Shown: piece after piece, positions 31,946 to 43,257 of the stretch | How positions within the stretch are numbered: the stretch's first letter is position 1 | How the letters are laid out: every line of letters starts with the position of its first letter | Assembly (NCBI GenBank): GCA_963706595.1 | Contig: OY970166.1 | Location: forward strand, 5,088,001 to 5,152,000 | DNA: 64,000 nt | Source of the DNA: an uncultured cyanobacterium | GTDB lineage: Bacteria > Cyanobacteriota > Cyanobacteriia > Cyanobacteriales > Nostocaceae | Direction: 5' to 3' | Program-made: the position numbers and the translations under genes | The notes under the pieces: generated by a model | The model's input: only the letters and a program-made list of their open reading frames with translations | Databases searched by the model: none | What the model was told of the DNA's origin: nothing

Positions 31946-32851
31946 ATATCGTCAAGGTTTTATGTTTAATTATGTTGACCTACTTATGAGAGCCAGTTGA
32001 TGATCATCACAAAAACAGTTTATTTTTCCATAAAAAGCTAGAAAATCGACTATATATGCCACCAAAAACTCATGCTGATTTTGGCATTTTGGCATGACAT
32101 CCACGGTGATCTAGGATAGTCTATTCATATAAACAAGCTTTGGTAATCTTTGTAGCAGTTTATTAATTATAACTTTGGCTATAATGAGCAATTTTTAGTT
32201 AGTGATTTTTTGGTAATAGTTTGATTCAAATTACAAATTACGAGAATTTATCAACCAATCATATAATTAACCAACACTTCACACAAATAATAAATAATTC
32301 CCCATACTTAATGTTCTAAAATATTGCTGAGATATTTGTAATGCATTGGCTCAAAAAAATGGGAAATTATGTTTTTCAAAGCTATATTTTACAGAGTGGC
32401 AATCATGTATACAAATATTTCCGCCTTGCCTGTGTTAATTACAGATGGTAAAAATTTCTGTCAAGAAATGTATAAATCTCTGGTTTGTCCAGTATAGCTG
32501 TTAGCTAAAATGAAAAAAGCCAGACAAATTAGATACAGAGCTAACCAATTATCTGGTGAAATGATTACAAAGAATTGTTGCTCAACATATCGTTGTTACA
32601 ACATCCATAGTCAGTGTGATTTGAGGAGCCAACACGTTACAAAAAATGTTGGAAATACGGAAACTGCCAATCTTAAAGTAGCAGATATCTTCACGCAACA
32701 AAGCATCTGGGTTCGTTTTTATTTCACTTCTTTGCTGAAGCTATAACCAAGTCCATACTGGGGATATCAAAATCACGTCATGCTAAATACTGCACCTGAG
32801 TTTCAGTATTAACACTTTCCTATTATTTGAATTAAACTTATCAAAATTAGC

Positions 32852-34084
32852 ATGGAAAATATCTCACAACTGCCAACAAAAATCAGAGAGCAAACCGCAT
32901 CTCCTGATATTCTCGTAATTTCCCATCTGTTTCTGCCAAAAAAGGCAGTCATTGGGGAATATCTCTATAATCGCTGTCTTCAAGATCCAGAGCGGGTAGT
33001 TGTTCTGGCGGCTGGTTGTTCTGGCGATCAAGTATTTGATCAAGCTCAACAGTTTCCGGTATATCGCTGGCCAAATTCTCGCTCCTGGCTGGGTGATTTT
33101 CTGGGGAGTTTCTTACAGCCTGCGATGGATTTGCTTTGCTCGTTTTTCTTGGCGATTAAACTATATTTTCGTTATCACTACCGTTATATTGAGTGGGGTC
33201 ACGGTTACGAATTTCCGGCGTTGTTGCTATTGAGCTATATTCTACCCATCCGCTTTTTTATTCATCTGCATGGTAGTGATATTCTTGCTAGTTTACACAA
33301 TCCTGTGTGGCGATCGCTCTTTAAATTAACCCTGACACGCGCCGAAGGAATTATTTGTAACAGTTACGTTACCCAAGATTATCTCCGCAAGACTTTTCGC
33401 TTACAAACTCCTACCCACGTCATTCCACCTATAGTCAGACCAGAAAAATTTGGTGTGGACAAGCATCAAGGTAATCTGGAAAATTTACGTCAAAGCGTGC
33501 GGGAAGCTTACAATATTCCCGAAACAGCCATCGTGATTCTTTCGGTAGGAAGGTTAGTCAAGCAGAAAAGCTTCGAGCGCGTGATTGAGAACTTACCACT
33601 GCTGCTAAATGTGGGAGTCGATGTTCACTATCTACTTTGCGGTCAAGGTCCGTGTAAACCTGCGTTAAAAAGTTTAGCGCAGCGCTTGCGGGTAGACAAG
33701 CGGGTACACTTTACTGGATATATACCTGACGCAGAATTAGGTGGCTATTATGCAGCCTGTGATCTATTTGCTATGTTAACTTTGTTAGATCCCAAAGCCT
33801 ATATACAAGGTTTTGGTATTGTCTATTTAGAAGCGAGTTACTTTGGTAAACCTGTAATTGCTTCTCGTTTAGGCTCGGTGATTGATATCGTTCGTCATGA
33901 AGAAAATGGTCTTCTGGTGAATCCCAAATCTGGATACGACGTTTTTCAAGCTTTCAAACGATTATGTAATGACCAACAGTTACGTGAAAAACTCGGTCGC
34001 AAAGGTAAAGAATTAGCCAGACGCAAAACCCTTCACCGTTCGTTGTATCTCTCTGAACCGATCCCGAATGGTTTGTTGAATTAA
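32852..34084 (+). CDS. Glycosyltransferase family 4
   Basis: VGRLVKQK, GFGIVYLEA..FGKPVIAS. Confidence 0.93.
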   Translation: MENISQLPTKIREQTASPDILVISHLFLPKKAVIGEYLYNRCLQDPERVVVLAAGCSGDQVFDQAQQFPVYRWPNSRSWLGDFLGSFLQPAMDLLCSFFLAIKLYFRYHYRYIEWGHGYEFPALLLLSYILPIRFFIHLHGSDILASLHNPVWRSLFKLTLTRAEGIICNSYVTQDYLRKTFRLQTPTHVIPPIVRPEKFGVDKHQGNLENLRQSVREAYNIPETAIVILSVGRLVKQKSFERVIENLPLLLNVGVDVHYLLCGQGPCKPALKSLAQRLRVDKRVHFTGYIPDAELGGYYAACDLFAMLTLLDPKAYIQGFGIVYLEASYFGKPVIASRLGSVIDIVRHEENGLLVNPKSGYDVFQAFKRLCNDQQLREKLGRKGKELARRKTLHRSLYLSEPIPNGLLN

Positions 34085-34293
34085 CCACCCCCGACAATGG
34101 TAACAATTTCTAAGCGATCGCCTGGTTGTATTTGTGTTTCTGACCAATATTGACGGTGTAAAATATCACCGTTATACTCCACCGCGATTAAACGGGGATT
34201 AAAACCTAACTGTTGGAGTAAATCGGGTAAAGAAGTTTGAGACAAGCAACTACGAGTTTCCCCATTTACCTGGAGGGTAATTTGATTAGACAT
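34081..34293 (-). CDS. thiS: Sulfur carrier protein ThiS
   Basis: VNGE, AVEYNG, C-terminal VGGG. Confidence 0.95.
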   Translation of the reverse strand: MSNQITLQVNGETRSCLSQTSLPDLLQQLGFNPRLIAVEYNGDILHRQYWSETQIQPGDRLEIVTIVGGG

Positions 34294-34349
34294 CTTAAAA
34301 GTGTTGAGTGCTGAGACGCGATTTATCGCGTCTGTACAAGAAAGGAAAG

Positions 34350-35456
34350 TTATGCTTTAATCCGATGCAGTTGGGAAATCAAATATTGTGTGACTAGGGT
34401 AGGCTGTTCCGCTTCGATGATAGCTCGTACTATCGCTACACGTTCTGCTCCCGCCTCGATCACATCATTGATATTATTCGCATCTATACCCCCTATAGCA
34501 AACCAAGGAATTGAGCTATTTTGGGCGGCGTAGTTGACATATTCTAAACCTGCTGCTGGCTTGTTTGCTTTCGTAGGAGTTTCATAAACTGGACCAACAC
34601 CAATATAGTCTGCACCTTCAGCAATTGCCTTTTGCATTTCTTCTGAATTTGTAGTCGAACGCCCGATCAAACGCTGGTGTCCGAGTAATTGTCTGGCCAT
34701 AGCAATGGGCATATCTTGCTGTCCCAAATGAACCCCATCTGCGTCCACCGCCAAAGCTAAATCCACTCGGTCATTCACGATAAACAAAGCACCATAAGAA
34801 TGGCATAGTTGCCGTAATTTTGTCGCTTGTTCCAGACGCACAGTGTCATCAGTGGTTTTATCACGATACTGCACCAGGGTTAATCCCCCTTTGAGCGCTG
34901 CTTCCACCGTTTTTAACAAAGTTTCTGAGGGAGAAGTAACTAGATATAAATGCGATCGCCACAGCAATTGATGGCGCTGGTAGCCCATTAAACTAGTTTC
35001 CAGGGTATAAACACGATAGCGCATCTGCTTAAAAGCTTTACCCATATTGGGGTGATAGAGCTTGCCGTATTCTTCCAGCACCCGCATTGCTTCTTGGACA
35101 CGACAAAAATTTGCTTGTAATAACGCTTTAATACTAGAGCGTTGTTCTTCCTGGGGATGGGTCAATTCCGTACCGGGGTCCCCTGGTGTATCTCGCGCCG
35201 CCCGCAGTTCAGCAGTATGCCAATGAGCCAACTCTTGACGCAGATACTTGCATTCCCCCAGCAATTGAGCATTGTTTAACCCAAAGCGACACCATTCTTC
35301 GATAATTCGCAAGCCTTCGCGGGCGCGGTCTAGATTTGCATCTAAAATGCGGTAAACAACTTGCTGCATTTGTGCTTTTTGGCTGTTTGACTCGACCATG
35401 ACAACAACCCTATTAGTGCTTTCGTTAAGTGACGTAATGTCAACACTTTTAGACAT
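34350..35456 (-). CDS. thiE: Thiamine-phosphate synthase (cyanobacterial long form)
   Basis: DANLDRAREGLR, QYRDK, NDRVD, GVHLGQ, TPTK. Confidence 0.96.
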   Translation of the reverse strand: MSKSVDITSLNESTNRVVVMVESNSQKAQMQQVVYRILDANLDRAREGLRIIEEWCRFGLNNAQLLGECKYLRQELAHWHTAELRAARDTPGDPGTELTHPQEEQRSSIKALLQANFCRVQEAMRVLEEYGKLYHPNMGKAFKQMRYRVYTLETSLMGYQRHQLLWRSHLYLVTSPSETLLKTVEAALKGGLTLVQYRDKTTDDTVRLEQATKLRQLCHSYGALFIVNDRVDLALAVDADGVHLGQQDMPIAMARQLLGHQRLIGRSTTNSEEMQKAIAEGADYIGVGPVYETPTKANKPAAGLEYVNYAAQNSSIPWFAIGGIDANNINDVIEAGAERVAIVRAIIEAEQPTLVTQYLISQLHRIKA

Positions 35457-35798
35457 TTTGATTAAAATTTTCTAGTACGGCGATTTGAAAAATAAGTAGA
35501 GCTTGACTATTCATTTATACATAGGTAGCTTATTACATCATGGTACAAAGATTTAGGGACGACTTTATAATATATCTTAAACTGGACAAAAACCATAATA
35601 CAGCCTTGTGCAATTAGGTCTGTAAATGATAGCTGGTGTGGTCTAGCCATAGAAGTTAGGAAGCATCAAACTATTTTTTCGGTCATGGCTTTGTAGTTTG
35701 AATTAGTAATTATTCTCGGAAATATTGAGCAATGATAGTTTAATCTATCTCTAGGAATAAACGCTGCATTTATGAAGTGGTATTACTTGACTTTCCTA

Positions 35799-36524
35799 TT
35801 AAAGAGCTAATAGGATAATTGCATAACTGATTGTCCCAAAAGCAAATGACCAAAAGCAGCTTTCTCTGACTTCTGGTAGTTCTTCATTGAGTACATTGAG
35901 TACAATACCTCCGGCTAAAAAGGCAAATAAAACTGCAACCACTGCCTGATCAATTTTTGTAACTATGCCAATTAACCAACCAAAAATTATGGCTATTGCT
36001 AATAACCAGCGTCCCACTTGATCATATAATTTTTGGTAATTTTCTCGCAAAGCATGATCATTGACTACAAAATGCAGCGCCATCGCCAAAGCAAATAATA
36101 ATAAACTCTGGATACCTGATTCTTCTCGGTGTACTAGCAAGTAGCCAATTAAAAGATTATAAATAGCAAAAGCACCAATATGTATCCAAAAAAAATCTGA
36201 ATAGGTGATATCTGTCTTTCCTGTTCTGGGAAGGCGTTGACGTGACGTTCTCGCGAATCGCTCTAAGCCATAAAAAACTGTTAAGCCTAAAAGTGCTACC
36301 AAATAGACATGATGCTCTAAAAAACTCAGCCCCAGATTTACACTGCTTTGGAATGTAACTTGTGCTTGGCTCAGTTCTGGCAAAATGTGGATAAATACGT
36401 AAGTAACAGATACCCCACTCCCAAAGGATAAGCAACGACTATGTAGTGTTTTTTTGAGGAATCTGAGTTTACCTGCAAACAAATGTATAGTGGCTAAGGC
36501 GATCGCTAAAATCCCAGTATTCAT
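35799..36524 (-). CDS. ZIP-like membrane protein
   Basis: Multiple TM helices, HILPE, LHF..DH, EELPE. Confidence 0.7.
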   Translation of the reverse strand: MNTGILAIALATIHLFAGKLRFLKKTLHSRCLSFGSGVSVTYVFIHILPELSQAQVTFQSSVNLGLSFLEHHVYLVALLGLTVFYGLERFARTSRQRLPRTGKTDITYSDFFWIHIGAFAIYNLLIGYLLVHREESGIQSLLLFALAMALHFVVNDHALRENYQKLYDQVGRWLLAIAIIFGWLIGIVTKIDQAVVAVLFAFLAGGIVLNVLNEELPEVRESCFWSFAFGTISYAIILLAL

Positions 36525-36640
36525 GCTTTTTTTTGTATTAGTGACTACAGCCTATAAGTAGGGGATTTTTTTAATTGGCAGTTCCTCAAGTCAGAAAGTC
36601 GAAACAATTATCGACATCATAGTGTCTAAGGGTATAAAAC

Positions 36641-38269
36641 TTGATTGTTAGGACTTATCTCAAGTGGATTTATCTAATTATGTATTCTGAATATCATCAA
36701 GTAGAAATGCAGCAATTAAACCTAAATACCCAGGTTGACAGATCCAATTCTTCCCTGGAATTAGTCTTACCTTTAGTTTCTTCTCTATTGTCTTTCACCC
36801 TGGCTTTAGGAGTGACATTGAGTATCAGCCCCGCTAGGGTCTTGGCTCAAATGCCATCTGTGGAAAGAACGGTGTCTGAAGTTAAAATGTTATTTGTCAA
36901 TCCCAGCGTGGGAAATAACTCATCGGGTAATGGTAGTGAAAGCGCTCCTTTACAGACGATTACTCACGCTTTGCAAGTAGCCTCTCCCAATACAATGATT
37001 ATGCTTTCCCCAGGGACTTATAGCGCTGACACTGGAGAGGTTTTTCCCCTAAAGCTGAAACCAGGTGTTGCGATTCAAGGGGATACTCGCAATAAAGGAC
37101 AGGAAATCACAATTCAAGGCGGTGGCAGATTCCTCAGTAGCAGGTTTGGCGGTCAAAACGTCACAATCATCGGCGCAGATCAAGCTGAGTTAAGCGGGGT
37201 AACGGTGACAAATCCCAATCCTCGTGGTTATGGTTTGTGGATTGAATCGAGCCATCCTGTGATTAGAGAAAATACATTTACTGGTAATACTCAAGATGGG
37301 ATTTCCCTGACTGGTAACAGTGCGCCGATAATTAGGCAGAATTACTTTCATCGTAATGGGGCGAATGGCATGACCATTGGCGGTGATTCCCAGCCAGAAG
37401 TGCGGGAAAATGTGTTTGAGCAAACAGGATTTGGGATCAATATTACTCAAAATGCTGCTCCTGTAATCACCCTTAATCAAATTCAAAACAATCGCTCTGG
37501 GATTATAGTCCAAGCTAATGCGCGGCCGATTTTACGGAATAATTTAATTCAAGGTAATACAGAAGATGGTTTAGTGGCGATCGCTCAAGCCATTCCCAAT
37601 TTAGGTACTATTGCTGAACCAGGTGGTAATGAATTTCGTAATAATGCTCGCCATGACATTAATGCTAGTGCGGCCAAGGAGATGATTCCGGCGGCTGGTA
37701 ACAACTTGTCTCAAAATCGCATTGCTGGTAAGGTCGATTTCAATGCTCAAACAGCACCCGCAGCTCAAATTCCTCAGATCCCTCAGCGTCCCACTGTTGC
37801 AAATCGTCCCATCCCAGCTAATGAAGAAATTACCTCTTCTGCTACCAGTCAGCCCAATCAGGCTAATCAGTCACAGATAAATTATGTGAAGATTGACCCC
37901 AATATTGTAGAATTTACTGCCCCCCAGTCACCATCTCCTGGACAATTAGCGACCACATCAGCAGCACCTCCTTTTGGGGAATCACCGTTGTTACCCGTTC
38001 CTAATAGCAATACTCGCCCCAGTCAGACAACCACATACTTACCGCCTGCTAGAGTTCAGCCGGGTGTACGTTACCGGGTAGTTGTGAATATCGCAACTGA
38101 TCGGGAACGAGCCATAGTGCGAAACTTAGCCCCGGATGCATTTCCGACTATCCGCCAAGGTCGTCGAGTTATGCAAGTGGGAGTTTTTAGCGATCGCAAT
38201 AATGCCGATGAAATGATCAACGTCCTGAATAGTAACGGTTTACAAACCATAATTGAGCCGTTAAATTGA
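36641..38269 (+). CDS. DUF1565 beta-helix protein with C-terminal SPOR-like domain
   Basis: FVNP..G...G....PL.TIT.AL, PGTYS...GE.FP; start may be downstream. Confidence 0.85.
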   Translation: MIVRTYLKWIYLIMYSEYHQVEMQQLNLNTQVDRSNSSLELVLPLVSSLLSFTLALGVTLSISPARVLAQMPSVERTVSEVKMLFVNPSVGNNSSGNGSESAPLQTITHALQVASPNTMIMLSPGTYSADTGEVFPLKLKPGVAIQGDTRNKGQEITIQGGGRFLSSRFGGQNVTIIGADQAELSGVTVTNPNPRGYGLWIESSHPVIRENTFTGNTQDGISLTGNSAPIIRQNYFHRNGANGMTIGGDSQPEVRENVFEQTGFGINITQNAAPVITLNQIQNNRSGIIVQANARPILRNNLIQGNTEDGLVAIAQAIPNLGTIAEPGGNEFRNNARHDINASAAKEMIPAAGNNLSQNRIAGKVDFNAQTAPAAQIPQIPQRPTVANRPIPANEEITSSATSQPNQANQSQINYVKIDPNIVEFTAPQSPSPGQLATTSAAPPFGESPLLPVPNSNTRPSQTTTYLPPARVQPGVRYRVVVNIATDRERAIVRNLAPDAFPTIRQGRRVMQVGVFSDRNNADEMINVLNSNGLQTIIEPLN

Positions 38270-38399
38270 ATCTTCTCAGAATTGGGTAGGGTGCGTTATG
38301 GACTTTAGTCCTAACGCACCGATAATCTAGAATGGTGCGTTGCGCTACGCGACAACACACCCTACTAAATCCCCCAAGTCTGGGGAACTTTAACGGAAG

Positions 38400-39497
38400 T
38401 TAAATCTTCACTTTTTGGTTGAGGGGACAAGGCATAGTGGTTTTTCCTGCCCAATCTGTCAAAGTATTTTCATCTTTATAATGCCGATGACTTTGCATCA
38501 ACAACCGCCAGGCTTCTTGGGCATCTAATAAGTTAAATTTGTCGGCATAATCCGTTTCTAACCACTCTCGCACCTGAACATAATAATCAGAGTTCATTCC
38601 TGGAAAAATATGATGTTCTGTATGGTGGGAAAAATTAAAATGTAACAGGTCAAAGATTTTATAAACCCGTAAAGATGTAGAATTTACCAGTGGATCATTA
38701 ACATCAGTCATCGGACAAAGCAGATGATTCGTATAAATATAGAACATCAAGCCTGCATTGCCAATTGCAATCGGTAAAAAGTAGCCTAATATAAGTTTTA
38801 TGGGGTCAAATTCTAGATAGGCTAAAATAGCTAGATGAATTATTGACATGAGCAAGATTTCACCTGCGATCGCTCGCCGATCTTTAGCACTCACTGTAAA
38901 TGCAGCCGGAACATAATCAACTGATTTACTATTAAAAAATAGTACCGAGGTGAGATTGCGAAAATTATGTACTCCCCACGCCGAAGTCATACCCACAATT
39001 AGCCAAAAGGGATTGACTTCTAAAGAAGGCACAAATAGATTATGAATCCATTTACCCCAGGTTTTAGACTGTTTTTCTAAGTAATTACGATCTGGATCAC
39101 CCAAGTCATTGGTGTTATTATGATGTACCCGGTTATGAACCGACTTCCATAATGTTGGCGGCATCCACAACATTGTTAGCCCTAGAAAGCTGAAAAAATA
39201 GGCTAATTGTGAGTTTCTAATTACACTACCATGCATCAAATCATGGGAGCTAAATAATAAGGCAACCACACTATTGCCCATAATAATTGTTAGAGGTAAA
39301 TATAACCACAAAAGATAGACTGGCCAATTATCTAATTGAGCCGCTATCATCCAGCCAAGTATCAAAATTGCGAGATTAATTATCAGGATAATTAACTTAC
39401 TCACATCTGGTGTAAATGCTTCAGGTGGAAGCCGAGAACGTAATACTTTCGAGTAAGTTACCTGGCTAATTAATCTCTGCTCAGTATTTAAATTCAT
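38400..39497 (-). CDS. Fatty acid desaturase family protein
   Basis: His boxes HDLMH, HNRVHH, HTEHH. Confidence 0.92.
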   Translation of the reverse strand: MNLNTEQRLISQVTYSKVLRSRLPPEAFTPDVSKLIILIINLAILILGWMIAAQLDNWPVYLLWLYLPLTIIMGNSVVALLFSSHDLMHGSVIRNSQLAYFFSFLGLTMLWMPPTLWKSVHNRVHHNNTNDLGDPDRNYLEKQSKTWGKWIHNLFVPSLEVNPFWLIVGMTSAWGVHNFRNLTSVLFFNSKSVDYVPAAFTVSAKDRRAIAGEILLMSIIHLAILAYLEFDPIKLILGYFLPIAIGNAGLMFYIYTNHLLCPMTDVNDPLVNSTSLRVYKIFDLLHFNFSHHTEHHIFPGMNSDYYVQVREWLETDYADKFNLLDAQEAWRLLMQSHRHYKDENTLTDWAGKTTMPCPLNQKVKI

Positions 39498-40013
39498 GGA
39501 TGACGATCACACAATAACTTTAACTAATGCTTGTCTTAAACTAACAGTTTTTCTGCAAGTTTAAGACAAGATACTTATTCACAGTAACATAGTCTGTATC
39601 CATCAGAATCTATTTAGTATTTTTACAGTTTTTCCTAATTTGTCAGGGATGAATTTATCTGTTTTGAATTACTTTTGCGTGGATCTACTTCCGGGAAAAT
39701 ACTATATACCATTTTTTCTGGCTTCGCATCCTTCTAAGCAGTATGTGCTTGCTGGGCGTTCGTTCGCGTAGCGTCTCGGAAGAGAACGTTTGTCAGTCAT
39801 ACATTCAGGCAGATTTATGGCTACGCCACGCAGCTGTCAGCCAGAATTTCGAGAATTTTTAAACACAAATAAAATGAATATTAAAAAGAGTGAGATAAAT
39901 ATTAAAGTTGAATATAAAACTCAAGCTTGAAGAATAGTTAAAACCTGTAGTTAGGGTAACTCAAACTTGAATTTATCAATATGAGTGTTAAGTTCTTCCT
40001 GGGCATAGACACG

Positions 40014-40799
40014 TTATCGCTGATCATCCGATATCGCTTTAAGTTTTGATGTAAATGAATCAGATTGATCGCTAGTTGATGGAGTAAATTGTCCAATGGG
40101 TGGATGATTGGCAGATGGTGGTAGTAGTTTTGTGGGCTGGTGAGGTTTTGGTGGTGGAGAATTTCTCTGAAAATTATTTTGTGAGTTTAGCTGGGACTGA
40201 GTAGTAGAGGTCGCAGTGCTGAGAGTGGAATATACTAATATGTTTTCTACTGGCTTCTCCTCCTCTTGTACATTCATCGCTTGTAGGGTTGCAGTTTGAG
40301 TTTGACTATACCTTTTCCGCACCTGAGCAGGTAAGGGATTGGCTGTAACTGGTTGAGGAATCGATGCTGACTCAGATGGAATTTGTGGCTTGATAGGAGG
40401 TAGAACTGGTGCAGTCATTTCAGTTAAGCTTTCGGGAAACTTGCTACAAATCAGGCGTTCAAATTCCATATTGAAATGATAAATCACCTGGCCTCGCCTC
40501 TGCCAAAATGCTAATATTTGCTGCACTGAAATTCCTTTATAGCGTCCTTGATATAGCGCCTCAACGACTGCCAAATGCAGCCAATGTACTGGGTATTGGG
40601 TTTGCCAAAGTTTAATTAGCTCACTGGCAGTATGGCCACTGAGGTCAAAACTATAGTGAGTTAATAGGGCGATCGCCAATTCGGCAGAGGTTTGTGAGGC
40701 TGTTGTAATCATGGGGCTATTGGCTTCAGACGAGGGGTATAAATTGTCTGCCCATCGCTTATAGCCTAACGTGTTTTTAGCTATAGGATTTGTTACCAA
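40014..40799 (-). CDS. ftn6: Ftn6-like cell division protein (DnaD-like N-terminal domain)
   Basis: LL.HYSFDL...W.HLAVVEALYQGRYK..SV.QIL..WQRRG followed by low-complexity C-terminus. Confidence 0.6.
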   Translation of the reverse strand: MVTNPIAKNTLGYKRWADNLYPSSEANSPMITTASQTSAELAIALLTHYSFDLSGHTASELIKLWQTQYPVHWLHLAVVEALYQGRYKGISVQQILAFWQRRGQVIYHFNMEFERLICSKFPESLTEMTAPVLPPIKPQIPSESASIPQPVTANPLPAQVRKRYSQTQTATLQAMNVQEEEKPVENILVYSTLSTATSTTQSQLNSQNNFQRNSPPPKPHQPTKLLPPSANHPPIGQFTPSTSDQSDSFTSKLKAISDDQR

Positions 40800-40855
40800 G
40801 AGTTTCCAGGCTGATAAACAGTGTCTTTCATTTTACTTGGTCAACTGCTGACTGT

Positions 40856-42934
40856 CTAAACAATATATGTTGAATTAATTTTTGACGTTCGCTGGATAGC
40901 AACTAATGCTTGATAAACCATTGCGGCTACTTCGGCACGTGTGGCTTCCCGCGTCGGTACAAGTTGTTTAGGGTTTGGGTAATTGACCACAATTCTTTGC
41001 TGTGTAGCAGTCATAACTGCTTGTCGAGCATAATCGGGAATTGTCTGACTATCAGTATAAGTGAGTAAAGCATTGTTATCAGCTGTTGGCAGGGTAAGTC
41101 CATTCACTAAGGAGACAATTACCTGTAACCTTTGCACATTTTGAGCGGGGCGGAAGGTGCGATCGCCAAATCCACTGACGAAGCCACCTCTACTAGCAAT
41201 TTGTAAAGCTTGATACGCCCAAAAATCTGGGGCTACGTCGGTAAAATCTGGTGCGGGGCGCTTGGGTGGAGGATTAAAGGCCACTGCTACTAAAGCCGCA
41301 TATTGGGCGCGAGTCATGGGTTGATCTGGCTGGTAGCTACCATCAGCAAAACCATGAGTTAAATTCATGCTGGCTAATCCCCGAATAAATGCTTCTGCCC
41401 AATGTCCGGTAATGTCGGTAAATCCGGGAATATCAACACCAGGGCTGACAATATAGGGGGATGCGATCGCCTTCTCCTGACTGTTGGCTACCAAAGCTTG
41501 ATAAATTAATGCTGCCACTTCACCACGAGTTATATCTCGCAGAGGTTCGAGTTGTTCGGTTTGGGGATAGTTAATTATTAGTAATTTCTGGGTAGCCACT
41601 GCTACAGCATTAGTGGCATAAGTGGGAATTTGAGCGCGATCGCGGTACACGCTTAAAACTTGGGGATTACCGCCAGTTAGTTTTAACCCATTAACTATAG
41701 ACACTATGGCCTGTACTTTGGTCAAATTTTGTCCGCCTCGAAATGTCCCATCAGGAAAACCACTAATGAAGCCCATTTCAGCAGTTTTGAAAATGGCTGA
41801 TGCTGCCCAAAAGCTGGGATTGACATCCGTAAATTTACTACCTTTATTTCTGGAAGGTAACTGAAAAGTTTTGGCAATGATCGCCGCATACTGAGCGCGA
41901 TTGATGGGGGCATCGGGGGCAAAAGTGCCATCGGGAAAGCCGCTAATTGCACCCATCTTCACCAATGCTGCGACAAAATCTGCTGCCCAATGTCCAGCTA
42001 GGTCAGAAAAAATACTGCTGCTACCTGAGATGCTGCGCGGATGATCTTCTAGGACAGCGATAAAATCCACCCTGCCTTTAACTTGGGTAGGATTCAACTG
42101 ATTACCTGCGGAAACTAGCGGTTGTGATGTGGAATTATCTAAATCGAATCGATTATTTTTACTAAAAATATTACCAGCCGCGTCTTGGTTATTACCTAAA
42201 TCAGGGATAGCGTCACCATTGACTAACATCCCGCCTTGGGCATTTTTGGTAATCAGATTATGACGCAGCACAGGTCTAGCGTTACGAGAAAGAGCGATCG
42301 CCGAACGGTTATCTGATATTGTGTTATCTGCGAGCAAAGGGGCTGCAAAGTCACTGATGGCTATGCCCAAAGAATTTTGATGAAATGCATTCCGTAGCAC
42401 TTCTCCCTTGCTATGACGCGCCATCATCAAGCCACTGGCAGCATTTTGTCTAAACACATTATCCACAATTGCGGGTTTAGCATTACCGGTGACAAAGATC
42501 CCTTCTCGACCACAATTAATTAAAGTATTATTAGCTACATTTGCTCCTGCCGACTCAATCCAGATACCTGTACCTTTAGGCGCTGGGTTCGTCACAGTCA
42601 CACCTAAGAGACTGGCGTTACCTTGCAACAGTAATGTGACACTTTGCAGACCAAAGCTAGGACTTTGATACTGACCACTCCCAGAAATCACAATCCCCGC
42701 GCCTTTGTTAGCTTCGTTACCGACTACCGTCACGCCCGTGGGAATAATTATGGGAAACACCTCACCATTAGCTAGGCGATAAGTCCCGGAGGTCAACTGA
42801 ATAATTACTGGAGTTTTGCTGGCTTTTAAGGCACGGGTGAGACTTTTAAACGGACTCGACCGGGAACCAGGATTGGAATCATTCCCCTGCACAGGATTGA
42901 CATAGAGTGTGGGAAGGAGGGTAGAATTCGCCAT
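40856..42934 (-). CDS. DUF1565 beta-helix + S-layer homology domain protein
   Basis: Beta-helix N-terminus; repeated GFPDGTF.P...TRA SLH motifs. Confidence 0.92.
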   Translation of the reverse strand: MANSTLLPTLYVNPVQGNDSNPGSRSSPFKSLTRALKASKTPVIIQLTSGTYRLANGEVFPIIIPTGVTVVGNEANKGAGIVISGSGQYQSPSFGLQSVTLLLQGNASLLGVTVTNPAPKGTGIWIESAGANVANNTLINCGREGIFVTGNAKPAIVDNVFRQNAASGLMMARHSKGEVLRNAFHQNSLGIAISDFAAPLLADNTISDNRSAIALSRNARPVLRHNLITKNAQGGMLVNGDAIPDLGNNQDAAGNIFSKNNRFDLDNSTSQPLVSAGNQLNPTQVKGRVDFIAVLEDHPRSISGSSSIFSDLAGHWAADFVAALVKMGAISGFPDGTFAPDAPINRAQYAAIIAKTFQLPSRNKGSKFTDVNPSFWAASAIFKTAEMGFISGFPDGTFRGGQNLTKVQAIVSIVNGLKLTGGNPQVLSVYRDRAQIPTYATNAVAVATQKLLIINYPQTEQLEPLRDITRGEVAALIYQALVANSQEKAIASPYIVSPGVDIPGFTDITGHWAEAFIRGLASMNLTHGFADGSYQPDQPMTRAQYAALVAVAFNPPPKRPAPDFTDVAPDFWAYQALQIASRGGFVSGFGDRTFRPAQNVQRLQVIVSLVNGLTLPTADNNALLTYTDSQTIPDYARQAVMTATQQRIVVNYPNPKQLVPTREATRAEVAAMVYQALVAIQRTSKINSTYIV

Positions 42935-43257
42935 TGATGATTTTAATTTATAACAGTCAAGTCATGGATAATAAGTTATACCAATTTTCTATACACTTGG
43001 ACATGAACGAATTTATCTGTGGTTAACTAATTCTTCTCCCCTCTCCTTGATAAGGAGAGGGGTTGGGGGTGAGGTTCGATATTCGGTTAAATCAGCATGA
43101 TTAAAAAAATAAGGAGAGCTACTCATGCGGCTCTCCAGATCATTAGGGTTCATCTACTACACACACAATAGCTCTTTAGGTGTGAGGGGTGTAACCTATT
43201 TTTCTGCCTGCTTTGTAAAGATTTGATGAAAAAATCCTGTAAAGAACTGATGAACAC

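Noticed and set aside
26959..34333. Palindromes AGACGCGATNNATCGCGTCT at 26959-26978 and 34314-34333 as regulator sites
   Set aside because: Located at gene 3' ends and resemble common cyanobacterial dispersed palindromic repeats
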